DNA of 42,222 bases from an uncultured Candidatus Saccharibacteria bacterium (GTDB lineage: Bacteria > Patescibacteriota > Minisyncoccia > Phycocordibacterales > PALSA-1337), in NCBI GenBank assembly GCA_964349525.1, contig CAYGGI010000002.1, positions 1-42,222 on the forward strand, written 5' to 3'. A program made the position numbers and the translations under genes. Shown one piece after another: positions 1-8,532 of the stretch; the stretch's first letter is position 1; every line of letters begins with the position of its first letter. A model generated the notes under the pieces. The model saw only the letters and a program-made list of their open reading frames with translations, was not told the origin of the DNA and made no database searches.

Positions 1-512
1 ACCTTCTTGCAGAGATAATTAGACTTAATCCAAGTGTTAAAATTGATCTATCACATCAAATAGGAGATATACAAAGGTGTGATATTATTATAGCAGCAAC
101 AAATGCACCCGAGGCACTTATACAATCGGGTGATTTGAAGTGGGGTGCCATCGTGGTTGACGATGCTCAGCCTTCCGATGTACATCCAGATGTTTTTGCG
201 AGAAGAGATGTCTTAGTCATAGAGGCTGGTGTGACTAAAACACCTCACATATACAGTAACTTTAATTTCGGTCTTAAGAACAAGCAAGACAACTTTTGCT
301 GTCTTGCCGAAGTATTTATTTTAGCCGCAAATGAATGGAAAGAACACTTTGTGATAAATAGGGCTTCGCTTGATCTTGTTGATCAGATAGCATATCTCGG
401 AAACAAACTTAATTTTAAGATAGCAGAATTCCAAAATTTTAATGAACTGATTACAGATGAAAAACTCCAGTTTGTTAAAAATTGCATAAATAAAGATGAA
501 TTTTCAAATTGA
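1..512 (+). CDS. NAD(P)-dependent oxidoreductase, COG5322 / acyl-ACP-reductase-like, C-terminal part (5' end outside window)
   Basis: The frame of ORF 135..512 stays open back to nt 3 (LLAEIIRLNPSVK...). The segment NFCCLAEVFILAANEWKEHF resembles, from memory, the C-terminus of acyl-ACP reductase / shikimate-DH-like proteins. Codons are AT-rich. Confidence 0.5.
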   Translation, partial: LLAEIIRLNPSVKIDLSHQIGDIQRCDIIIAATNAPEALIQSGDLKWGAIVVDDAQPSDVHPDVFARRDVLVIEAGVTKTPHIYSNFNFGLKNKQDNFCCLAEVFILAANEWKEHFVINRASLDLVDQIAYLGNKLNFKIAEFQNFNELITDEKLQFVKNCINKDEFSN

Positions 513-2115
513 TACAATTAATATACTGATTCTGTTTGTTATGCTAATCAACTGCATATACGGTCTTGTTGTCTATTCAAGAAATCGAACTGACAAAATA
601 AATTTTTTATTTTTTATTCTAACCATTAGTATTGGTATATGGGGACTCGCAATGTTTGGGTATAGAGGCTTCACAGATCATGATACTGTACTCGTGATGT
701 CTCGCCTCCTTTACTTTTCTGCTGTCACAATACCAACAGCTTTCATTTACTTTGTATTAGTTTTCCCTAATCCAGATACCAAAATCAGTCTTCTTCAAAA
801 ATATTTGGTACCACTTCCTCTCATAGTATTATGTACGCTATCTCTTTATCCAGGAGGATTTATACATGATGTTATACTATATAAAGATAAGGAGACATTT
901 ATAATTTTTAATCAGCTGACTCATATCTTGTTTGGATTGTATGTTGTTGGTTATTTCAGTTGGGCATATTGGATTTTGTATAAAAAACATAGTAAAGCAA
1001 AGGAGCCCTTAAGAACCCCCCTCGGTTATATTTTTATTGGCACACTTGGCTCGACAATGATTACGCTCACAACAAACATGAGTCTACTATATTTTGGTTA
1101 CTTTGCTTTAAATTGGGTGGGGCAGATAAGTATCATCTTTATGATAACCCTTATTTTTTACTCTATTTTAAGGTTCAAGCTGTTTAATGTTAAGGTTATT
1201 ACTACTGAAATTTTTGTCTTCATTTTGTGGGTGTTTATACTCGTTAAATTTTTTCTATCATACGACATTCAAGAACAAATAATAAATGCAATTCTATTAC
1301 TTTTAATTGTGATTGTTGGAGTATTCCTCATCAAATCCGTCATAAAGGAAGTGTCACTCCGCGAAAAAGTAGAGAAGCTTGCTCTCGACTTACAGAAGGC
1401 CAATGACCAGCTGACCGAGCTTGATAAGCAGAAGACAGAGTTCGTGTCGTTTGCCACACACCAGCTCCGTGCACCATTGACCGCCATGAAGGGCTACGCC
1501 TCGCTCATTCTTGAGGGCGATCTCGGCAAGCTCTCGGTCGAGCTTCGCGGCGCTATCACGCGCATCTTTGACTCGTCGAAGACACTCACGAACATCGTTG
1601 ATGATTATCTCAACATCTCGCGCATTGAGCTCGGTTCGATGAAGTACCTCTTCGACACCATCGATCTCAAGGATATGGTCGATAATGTTGTGGGTGAGCT
1701 CAAGCCGAATATTGACAAGAGCAAGCTCAAGTTCTCCTTTGAGGTTGACCGCCAGAAGAAATACATGGTGCATGCTGACAAGGATAAGTTTAAACAGATT
1801 GTCGCCAATCTCATTGATAACTCGATAAAGTACACGCCATCTGGGTCAATCACGGCTTCACTCGTAGAAAAAGGCGGCAAAGTTATCTTTGCTGTCAAAG
1901 ACACGGGCATCGGCATCGCGCCGGGCGTCATGCCGAAACTCTTCGCGAAGTTCTCGCGCGCGGAAAATGGTAATCGACAGAATATCTATGGTACCGGCCT
2001 CGGACTCTTTGTGGCCAAGGAAATCGTGACGGCGCACAGCGGTCGCATCTGGGCGGAGTCAGCGGGAGAGGGAAGAGGTTCGGCATTCTATGTTGAGCTC
2101 GAGGAGGTGGTCTAA
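496..2115 (+). CDS. membrane sensor histidine kinase (multi-TM N-terminal sensor, HisKA + HATPase_c)
   Basis: H-box FVSFATHQLRAPLTAM, N-box LIDNSIKYT, G1 VKDTGIGI, G2 GTGLGLFVAKEIV. There are about 8 hydrophobic segments in the first 280 aa. No response regulator is adjacent. Confidence 0.9.
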   Translation: MNFQIDTINILILFVMLINCIYGLVVYSRNRTDKINFLFFILTISIGIWGLAMFGYRGFTDHDTVLVMSRLLYFSAVTIPTAFIYFVLVFPNPDTKISLLQKYLVPLPLIVLCTLSLYPGGFIHDVILYKDKETFIIFNQLTHILFGLYVVGYFSWAYWILYKKHSKAKEPLRTPLGYIFIGTLGSTMITLTTNMSLLYFGYFALNWVGQISIIFMITLIFYSILRFKLFNVKVITTEIFVFILWVFILVKFFLSYDIQEQIINAILLLLIVIVGVFLIKSVIKEVSLREKVEKLALDLQKANDQLTELDKQKTEFVSFATHQLRAPLTAMKGYASLILEGDLGKLSVELRGAITRIFDSSKTLTNIVDDYLNISRIELGSMKYLFDTIDLKDMVDNVVGELKPNIDKSKLKFSFEVDRQKKYMVHADKDKFKQIVANLIDNSIKYTPSGSITASLVEKGGKVIFAVKDTGIGIAPGVMPKLFAKFSRAENGNRQNIYGTGLGLFVAKEIVTAHSGRIWAESAGEGRGSAFYVELEEVV

Positions 2116-2134
2116 TCGGTAAAATTGAAATTGA

Positions 2135-2171
2135 AAATCCCCGTGGCACTTGAAGCGCCAATCGGGGATTT
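2135..2171 (+). terminator. hairpin downstream of the kinase gene
   Basis: aaatccccg (2135-2143) pairs with cggggattt (2163-2171), with an inner tggc/gcca helix. The U-tract is weak. Confidence 0.45.
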
Positions 2172-2429
2172 CTCGGGGAGATTTTTGTAAACATAACCTA
2201 GTCGTCCTTCGGGCAACGCACACGGTTGCCCGTGAAGCGTATGCACCACCTTTTTGGCTGGTCGGTACGATCACGATACTGGACTACCTTTGTTGGGTAC
2301 TCCACATGTCCCGTCTGCCCATCGACTATCCGATGCATTAGACGGAACCATTCCCTGGCTATGGTATGACTCATACGGTGTCCTTTTGCTAAGGGTTTAC
2401 CTGCCTACTAACTGACCCCTACTATACCC

Positions 2430-2882
2430 CTACTTGACTAACTCGTCAAGTACTGCTTTTATATCCGCTCCATCGGCTTTACCTTTGAGTTCCTTTATCA
2501 ACACGCCGAGAAACTGTCCGGCTTTCTTTGGATCGATCGGACCTTCTTTCTTGAGCTTAGCTTCGACGATCTTTTTAATATCGCCCTTACTCATCGTGGC
2601 AGGTAGAAAAGCTTCGAGGATGACGAGCTCGTCCTTCTCTTTCTTTGCGAGATCAGGTCGACCACCTTTTTCGAATTGCTCTATTGAATCTTTTCTTTGT
2701 TTGACGCTTTTCTTGACGAGAGCGAGGGCAGGCTCGTCCTTGAGGAGGAGGTCACTGCTTTTCTTTGCGATGAGCTCATTGTAGAAAAGGGCTTGGAGAC
2801 CGCGGAGGACTTCGAGGCGGAGGGTATCCTTGGCGCGCATGGCTTCGACTATCTGGCTTTTGATGGTTTCGTGTAGTGTCAT
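2430..2882 (-). CDS. yqeY: GatB/YqeY-domain protein
   Basis: 150 aa. The N-terminus IKSQIVEAMRAKD..LEVLRGL and the overall length are typical of the YqeY family. Confidence 0.8.
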   Translation of the reverse strand: MTLHETIKSQIVEAMRAKDTLRLEVLRGLQALFYNELIAKKSSDLLLKDEPALALVKKSVKQRKDSIEQFEKGGRPDLAKKEKDELVILEAFLPATMSKGDIKKIVEAKLKKEGPIDPKKAGQFLGVLIKELKGKADGADIKAVLDELVK

Positions 2883-2909
2883 GGTGATATTATGAAAAAA
2901 TTAATATGC

Positions 2910-2918
2910 TGATATACT
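2910..2918 (+). promoter_or_regulatory. extended -10 promoter (TGaTATACT) 7 nt before the rmuC ATG; leaderless mRNA predicted
   Basis: TG at 2910-2911, TATACT at 2913-2918, ATG at 2926. Confidence 0.55.
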
Positions 2919-2925
2919 ATCATAT

Positions 2926-3978
2926 ATGTCTCCAGTTATCATCATCTTAAGTATCCTCCTCGTCATCGCTGTTATCGTCATAGTGGTCATTTCACTACGC
3001 CGTCCAGCTGCTCCGGAGAAAGATGATACTGGATTTAAATTAATCCTCGAGCAGATCAATGAACTCAATAGGACCGTCGACAGGAAAATAGGGGAAAGTG
3101 CGAAGGATGTGCGGGACTCTATGCGCATGCAGCTTTCGGAATCTTCAAAGATGATCCGAGAAGTGACAACGGGACTGACAAAATTGGATGAGACGAACAA
3201 GCAAGTCGTCTCCTTTGCCGACCAGCTCCAGAACCTCCAGGATATTCTCAAGAACCCGAAACAGCGGGGGATACTCGGCGAATATTATCTAGAAACCCTT
3301 TTGAAAAATGTGCTCGCGCCGGGACAGTACCAGATGCAGTATATGTTTGCCAATGGGGAAATCGTCGACGCGGCGGTCTTTGTCAAGGAAAAAATCATTC
3401 CGATCGACTCGAAATTCTCGCTCGAGAATTACAACAAACTTTCCGAAGAAAGAAATCCCGTTGAAAAAGAAAAGCTCGAGAAAATTTTCGTCAATGATCT
3501 CAAGAATCGCATTCAGGAGACTGCAAAATATGTTCGTCCCGCCGAAGGCACTATGGACTTTGCCTTTATGTTTATCCCGCATGAGGCTATTTATTATGAC
3601 TTGTTGGTTAATAAAATCGGAGCAGTAACCGAGGAGACGGATAACCTCATCCAGCGCGCAGCTTCGAAGTACAAGGTTATTATCGTCTCTCCGACCTCAT
3701 TTCTCGCATATCTGCAGACGGTGCTTCAGGGGTTAAAGGCTCTCCAGATCGAAGAGACGGCAAAAGATATTATTAAAAGGGTGGAAGAGCTCGGCACCCA
3801 TTTGAAAAAGTATGAGGACTATCATGCCAAGCTCGGCGCGTCGCTCGGTACCGTTGTCAATCATTATAATAACAGTGGAAAGGAATTAAAGAAGGTGGAC
3901 AAAGATGTTCTGCGCATAACCGGCCAGGCGCCGGGTCTCGAGACCTCCCTTATTGACCAGCCGGAGGAGATAGTGTAA
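2926..3978 (+). CDS. rmuC: DNA recombination protein RmuC (N-terminal TM anchor)
   Basis: N-terminal TM helix and coiled coil, then GEIVDAAV..IPIDSKF..FMFIPHEAIY motifs typical of the RmuC nuclease family. Confidence 0.85.
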   Translation: MSPVIIILSILLVIAVIVIVVISLRRPAAPEKDDTGFKLILEQINELNRTVDRKIGESAKDVRDSMRMQLSESSKMIREVTTGLTKLDETNKQVVSFADQLQNLQDILKNPKQRGILGEYYLETLLKNVLAPGQYQMQYMFANGEIVDAAVFVKEKIIPIDSKFSLENYNKLSEERNPVEKEKLEKIFVNDLKNRIQETAKYVRPAEGTMDFAFMFIPHEAIYYDLLVNKIGAVTEETDNLIQRAASKYKVIIVSPTSFLAYLQTVLQGLKALQIEETAKDIIKRVEELGTHLKKYEDYHAKLGASLGTVVNHYNNSGKELKKVDKDVLRITGQAPGLETSLIDQPEEIV

Positions 3979-3990
3979 TATGGGGCAACT

Positions 3991-4338
3991 ATGGAATTTG
4001 CAGTTATACAAACAGGTGGCAAGCAGTACAAGGTTGCTGCCGGCCAGGAAATCAAGATCGAGAAGCTCGTCAAGGTTCTAAAGGACGGGACGCGATCTGC
4101 CGAGGAGCACAAGGAGGGCGACAAGGTCGTCTTTGACCAGGTTCTTCTCGTTGATGATGGCACAAACACCACTATCGGCACACCTTTTATCGACAAGGCA
4201 CAGGTAACGGGTACCATCACGAAGATCGCTCGCGCTCCGAAGCTTGTCGTCATAAAGTACAAGCAAAAGTCTCGCTATTTCAAGAAAAATGGACATCGAC
4301 AGCCGTACTTCCAGATCAAGATTGAGGGGGTGAAGTAA
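3991..4338 (+). CDS. rplU: 50S ribosomal protein L21
   Basis: FAVIQTGGKQYKV..G signature and C-terminal GHRQPY. It carries an insertion of about 12 aa relative to E. coli L21. No rpmA follows. Confidence 0.9.
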   Translation: MEFAVIQTGGKQYKVAAGQEIKIEKLVKVLKDGTRSAEEHKEGDKVVFDQVLLVDDGTNTTIGTPFIDKAQVTGTITKIARAPKLVVIKYKQKSRYFKKNGHRQPYFQIKIEGVK

Positions 4339-4369
4339 GGGGTATAAAAAAGGGAGGAAAGAGTGAAGG

Positions 4370-4400
4370 GCAAGTGGATCAAAATCACTTGCTTTTTCTT
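4370..4400 (+). terminator. rho-independent terminator of rplU
   Basis: gcaagtg (4370-4376) pairs with cacttgc (4386-4392), followed by tttttctttt. Confidence 0.75.
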
Positions 4401-4417
4401 TTGGTATGGTTTAGTAT
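4389..4417 (+). promoter_or_regulatory. sigma70-like promoter TTGCTT-N17-TAGTAT
   Basis: -35 at 4389-4394 and -10 at 4412-4417, with an exact 17-nt spacer. It overlaps the rplU terminator tail. Confidence 0.4.
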
Positions 4418-4423
4418 ATTAAA

Positions 4424-4545
4424 CGGTTGGTGATAGGGGTTCCTCTCTTGGGTTTGAGGTGCTCCTGGTTGTCAGGGTTGTTCGTACCATAAGGTGAAGT
4501 GGTTGAGGGGGTCGGTCTCGCATATGCCGGCCCCCTCTTTTCTTT
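4424..4545 (+). ncRNA. candidate small RNA (about 120 nt), unclassified
   Basis: Bounded by the promoter above and by a strong terminator. That terminator has an 11-bp stem (4505-4515 / 4527-4537) followed by ttttcttttg. GGTTG occurs four times. There is no credible ORF. Confidence 0.3.
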
Positions 4546-4557
4546 TGCTTGTTTTTT

Positions 4558-5154
4558 TCAACCCCTATTCTCTAGCGCATTCTTTATTGTCTCCGCATCG
4601 ACATATTCGAGCTCGCTACCGGTCGAGAGTCCACGACCGAGGACGGTTATTTTTACATCTCTCTTTCCAATAAACTCTCGTATATATTCAGCAGTGTTTT
4701 CTCCATCTGCGGTCAAGTTTAACGAAAGAATTACTTCTTTAAAATTTCCTTTACTTAATTTTTCATCGAGCTCCTTTAACCTAACCTTCCTTTCCGGCTC
4801 TTTTTCAAGAATGGGAATCGTGCCGCCGAGGATAAAGTAGAGACCGTTATAGACATGACTTTTTTCGATAGACTCAAAGTCGACATCGCGGGCGACGATC
4901 ATGAGCTGGCTCGTATCACGGTTCGGACTCGAGCAGATGGGGCAGAGCAGCCCTGCGGACTTGTTTTCTTGGAAAAATCTGAAGCATGATCCGCAGATCT
5001 TGACATTCTTTTTTATCTCCATGATATTCCGCGCGATGTCCTCGAGATATGCAGAATTACGCGTCATGAGAAAGTAGACGAAGCGCTTGGCCTGGCGGGG
5101 ACCGATGCCTGGAAATTCAGCGAAGTATTCTGCGAGCTTGTGGAGGGAGTCCAT
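4558..5154 (-). CDS. recR: recombination protein RecR
   Basis: HhH N-terminus FPGIGPRQAKR, C4 zinc finger CGSCFRF..CPIC, and a Toprim region. Confidence 0.92.
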   Translation of the reverse strand: MDSLHKLAEYFAEFPGIGPRQAKRFVYFLMTRNSAYLEDIARNIMEIKKNVKICGSCFRFFQENKSAGLLCPICSSPNRDTSQLMIVARDVDFESIEKSHVYNGLYFILGGTIPILEKEPERKVRLKELDEKLSKGNFKEVILSLNLTADGENTAEYIREFIGKRDVKITVLGRGLSTGSELEYVDAETIKNALENRG

Positions 5155-5199
5155 ACGGATTTTAATATATAGTTTTTTCTTACGAGTTTTTTCTATTTC

Positions 5200-6624
5200 C
5201 TACTGTGCTCCAAATTCTCCAAAATCGTTCTTATCAACACTCATAAACGTCGTCTTCTTTTCGTCAAAGAAGAGCTCGACCATGCCGGTGGCGCCGTTAC
5301 GATGCTTTTCGATGAGAATCTTGGCGATATTTGGCCGCGCTGAATCCTTGTCATATTTATCTTCGCGATGAATGAACATGACGACGTCCGCATCCTGCTC
5401 GATCGATCCCGAATCCCTCAGGTCCGACAGTCGTGGCTGTCCTCCGCGCGTCTCGACGGCGCGGTTGAGCTGGGAGAGGGCGAGGACGGGGACTTCGAGC
5501 TCGCGGGCGAGCTGTTTCAGCGACCGTGAAATTTCCGTAACCTGTTGCACGAGGTTGTCGTTGTTACGACTCTGATTCGGCACCATGAGCTGGAGGTAGT
5601 CGACAATGATCATGCCGAGACCTTTCTCACTTTTTAATCTTCGGGCAACGGCTCGCATTTTCAAAATATTATTGGCCGGTTGATCATCGATATATATCGG
5701 TGCATTCGAGAGACGATCCATGGCGTCGCGAATGGCTTTGAAATCATGCTCGATAGAAAGGTTGTGACCGGTGCGGAGTTTCCACGCATCAACCTGCGAC
5801 TCGGCCGAGAGCATGCGGTCGACCAACTGTTGCGAGCTCATTTCGAGAGAGAAAATGCCGACGGGGATCTTGTGTTCGATCGCGGCCTTCCGGGCAATGT
5901 CGAGGGCGAGGGCCGTCTTTCCCATGGATGGTCGCGCGGCGAGGATGATGAGGTCGGACTTTTGGAATCCGGCAAGTTTATTATCGAGACCGGCGAAACC
6001 GGAGGGAACACCTCGCAGTTCATGTTTCGTATTATGTAGATGATCGATGCGTTCCCAGGCCTCAGTTAGCGTATCACCGATCGCTACGAATTTGTGCGTA
6101 CCGGTGAAATTCGTGACCTCAAAAATCTTTTTCTCCGCCTTGTCGAGCAGATCATCGAGCTCGCCAGCTTCATCGAAGCCGAGCTCACCCACATATTCCG
6201 ACGCGCCGATGAGATCGCGCATGATGTGTTTTTTCTGAACAATTTCGGCATAATATTTTGCATTCGTTGAGGAGGGAACTCCCTGCACAAGCTCGGTCAG
6301 GTAGCTCATGCCACCAACTTGCTCGAGCATCTCGCGCTCCTTGAGCCGAGTCGAAAGAGAAAGAAGATCAATGGGCGTGCTCTTCGTATGAAGTTCAATC
6401 ATGACCGACCAGATGAGGCGATGTCGGTCGGAATAGAAGGAACGGTCAAAAATGATGTCGATGACATCGTGCATGACCTCGGGACGGATCATGATGGAAC
6501 CGAGAAGAGCCTTCTCCGCCTCGAGCGATTGCGGCGGTATGCGAAGGTCCTTGGTCTTGAAATATGGCGAAGTGGGGGACATTTGAATTGTGTGACTTTT
6601 TCTCTGTGCATCCCATTGTACCAT
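5200..6624 (-). CDS. dnaB: replicative DNA helicase DnaB
   Basis: N-terminal PPQSLEAEKALLGSIM, Walker A ARPSMGKTA, Walker B IIVDYLQLM, and RDSGSIEQDADVV. Confidence 0.95.
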   Translation of the reverse strand: MVQWDAQRKSHTIQMSPTSPYFKTKDLRIPPQSLEAEKALLGSIMIRPEVMHDVIDIIFDRSFYSDRHRLIWSVMIELHTKSTPIDLLSLSTRLKEREMLEQVGGMSYLTELVQGVPSSTNAKYYAEIVQKKHIMRDLIGASEYVGELGFDEAGELDDLLDKAEKKIFEVTNFTGTHKFVAIGDTLTEAWERIDHLHNTKHELRGVPSGFAGLDNKLAGFQKSDLIILAARPSMGKTALALDIARKAAIEHKIPVGIFSLEMSSQQLVDRMLSAESQVDAWKLRTGHNLSIEHDFKAIRDAMDRLSNAPIYIDDQPANNILKMRAVARRLKSEKGLGMIIVDYLQLMVPNQSRNNDNLVQQVTEISRSLKQLARELEVPVLALSQLNRAVETRGGQPRLSDLRDSGSIEQDADVVMFIHREDKYDKDSARPNIAKILIEKHRNGATGMVELFFDEKKTTFMSVDKNDFGEFGAQ

Positions 6625-6731
6625 TTTGAGAATAAAAGATGCTAGATGAAAGTGTGCATAGGGAGTTTATAAGCTGTGGGTAACTTTGTATTTGAATTTA
6701 TCCAAAAAATTGCTTGCAAAAATATATAGAG

Positions 6732-6740
6732 TGGTATAAT
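6732..6740 (+). promoter_or_regulatory. extended -10 promoter TGgTATAAT
   Basis: TATAAT at 6735-6740 with an upstream TG. TTGCAA lies 15 nt upstream. It would drive the 6801 ORF and aspS. Confidence 0.45.
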
Positions 6741-6800
6741 TAGAGGATCATAATCTCGTGCGAAGGTTGTGGTGTTTATCAGCTTAACTCAAAAAACATC

Positions 6801-7103
6801 ATGGAAATAAATATAGATCCAGTAGTTTCAAATTATATAGACATAGCGATAGGGCGAGAGCGCAAGATATTTAAAAAGGATCTCGGTAAATTTGAGAGTA
6901 GAATTACTGTCGAGTTTAAAAACGAGGCTAAAGCTCTTCGTGAGGGTTTTCAAGATGACATTAAAAAGGCTGCAGAAATGATTGGAGCCTTTGCGACGAA
7001 GACTGATGCTAGAGACATTGCCCAAGAAGAGATCAAACCACTCGAAACGAAGATTAACCTCGTCATCAGGGAAGTTGGCCTCATCAACCAAAAACTCGCT
7101 TAA
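6801..7103 (+). CDS. hypothetical coiled-coil protein (100 aa)
   Basis: ORF only. It is charged and helical with AT-rich codons, and I recognise no motif. Confidence 0.45.
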   Translation: MEINIDPVVSNYIDIAIGRERKIFKKDLGKFESRITVEFKNEAKALREGFQDDIKKAAEMIGAFATKTDARDIAQEEIKPLETKINLVIREVGLINQKLA

Positions 7104-7118
7104 CAATCGCCCTAAATA

Positions 7119-7127
7119 TGGTACTAT
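7119..7127 (+). promoter_or_regulatory. extended -10 promoter (TGgTACTAT) 6 nt before the aspS ATG
   Basis: TACTAT at 7122-7127, ATG at 7134. Confidence 0.5.
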
Positions 7128-7133
7128 GGTGCC

Positions 7134-8531
7134 ATGCAAAGAACATATATAAAGGATATCGCGGGCAAGGTTGGTCAGGAAGTCAGCATCTCCGGTTGGA
7201 TCGACATTCGTCGTGATCAGGGAAAGATGGTCTTCTTTGACTTCCGCGATGTCACGGGCTATGTCCAGGGCGTCGTTCTTCCCATGCACACCGAGGCTCT
7301 CGAGGTTGCAAAGGAGATCCGCTCCGAATGGGTCGTCGAGGTGAAGGGTAAAGTCAATGCCCGCCCGCCAAAGAATGTGCAGGCCGACAAGCAGAATGGC
7401 ACGATTGAGCTCGAAGTCCTTTCTATAAAAGTATTAAATAAATCAGAAACTCCTCCATTTGATGTTCGTTCAGATGGTAAAGAAATAGGGGAGGAGATCC
7501 GCCTCAAGTACCGCTACCTCGACCTGCGTCGTCCGCGTCTTCAAAAGAATATCATCATGCGCGACAAGATCATCTCGTTCTTCCGCGACTACATGCACAA
7601 GAATAATTTCGTCGAGATCGAGACGCCGATTCTCATGAAAGGCACTCCCGAGGGCTCCCGCGAATACCTCGTCCCGTCACGCCTCGAAAAAGGGAAGTTC
7701 TACGCTTTGCCCCAGTCTCCTCAGCAGTTCAAACAGCTCTCGATGGTCGCCGGCTTCGACCGTTACTTCCAGATCGCCCGCTGTATGCGCGACGAAGACC
7801 TCCGCGGTGATCGCCAGCCCGAATTCACCCAGCTCGACTACGAGATGTCGTTCGTCAATCAAGAAGACGTGCTCGCCTACACCGAGCCGATGTTTATCGA
7901 ACTCGTCAAAACCCTTTTTCCTGAAAAAACTTTTACCCAAGTCCCTTTCCCACGTCTTACCTACACCGAGTCGATGGAGAAATACGGTTCCGACAAGCCC
8001 GACTTGAGAAAGGATAAAGACAATCCGAACGAGCTTGCCTTCGCTTGGATCGTTGATTTTCCCATGTTCGAAAAAACCGAGGATGGTGGGCTCCAAGCCG
8101 CGCACCACCCTTTCTGTTCGATAAAGGAAGAAGATGTGTCGAAGTTCATGGAGGGTAGGGATCTCATGTCTATCCGGGCAAACTCTTACGACCTCGTGCT
8201 CAATGGCTACGAGCTCTCGTCTGGTAGCATCCGTATTCATCAGTCGGATATGCAAAAGAAAGTCTTTGAGCTCCTCGAGATTAGCGAAGAAGAACAGCAG
8301 GCAAAGTTTAGTCACATGCTCGAAGCCTTCAAGTACGGCGCGCCTCCGCATGGTGGCTTCGCTCCGGGCATTGATCGTATCGTTATGCTCCTCATGGGTG
8401 AGCCGAACATCCGCGAAGTGATTGCGTATCCTAAAACTGGCGAAGGTCGCGACCTCATGATGAATGCACCGAGTGAGGCGAGCGGGAAGCAGTTGAAGGA
8501 GTTGGGGTTGGGGGTAAGGGAGGATAAATAA
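7134..8531 (+). CDS. aspS: aspartate--tRNA ligase, bacterial type but lacking the GAD insertion domain
   Basis: OB anticodon-binding N-terminus, motif 2 FRDEDLRGDRQPEFTQLD, and motif 3 GGFAPGIDRIVML. It is 465 aa, against about 590 aa for typical bacterial AspRS. Confidence 0.93.
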   Translation: MQRTYIKDIAGKVGQEVSISGWIDIRRDQGKMVFFDFRDVTGYVQGVVLPMHTEALEVAKEIRSEWVVEVKGKVNARPPKNVQADKQNGTIELEVLSIKVLNKSETPPFDVRSDGKEIGEEIRLKYRYLDLRRPRLQKNIIMRDKIISFFRDYMHKNNFVEIETPILMKGTPEGSREYLVPSRLEKGKFYALPQSPQQFKQLSMVAGFDRYFQIARCMRDEDLRGDRQPEFTQLDYEMSFVNQEDVLAYTEPMFIELVKTLFPEKTFTQVPFPRLTYTESMEKYGSDKPDLRKDKDNPNELAFAWIVDFPMFEKTEDGGLQAAHHPFCSIKEEDVSKFMEGRDLMSIRANSYDLVLNGYELSSGSIRIHQSDMQKKVFELLEISEEEQQAKFSHMLEAFKYGAPPHGGFAPGIDRIVMLLMGEPNIREVIAYPKTGEGRDLMMNAPSEASGKQLKELGLGVREDK

Positions 8532-8532
8532 A

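Noticed and set aside
1269-2274. Several 70-130-aa minus-strand ORFs overlapping the kinase gene and the gap beyond it.
   Set aside because: They are antisense shadows of a GC3-rich gene. Their sequences are low-complexity and Arg/Ser/Pro-rich with no motifs, whereas the plus-strand kinase motifs are unambiguous.
2150-2341. 63-aa plus-strand ORF in the kinase/yqeY gap.
   Set aside because: It has no promoter or RBS context and its composition is not protein-like. The region is better explained as structured RNA.
2172-2429. Attempted assignment of the structured gap to RNase P RNA, tmRNA, SRP RNA, 5S or 6S RNA.
   Set aside because: None of the universally conserved signature strings could be found on either strand, so it is left unclassified.
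6640-6700. DnaA-box-like 9-mers (TTATCCAAA, and TTACCCACA on the minus strand) upstream of dnaB, considered as a possible oriC.
   Set aside because: There are only two imperfect boxes, no AT-rich unwinding repeats and no dnaA or dnaN nearby. That is insufficient for an origin call.
7677-8351. 224-aa minus-strand ORF inside aspS.
   Set aside because: It is antisense to a gene with clear class II aaRS motifs, so it is a typical shadow ORF.
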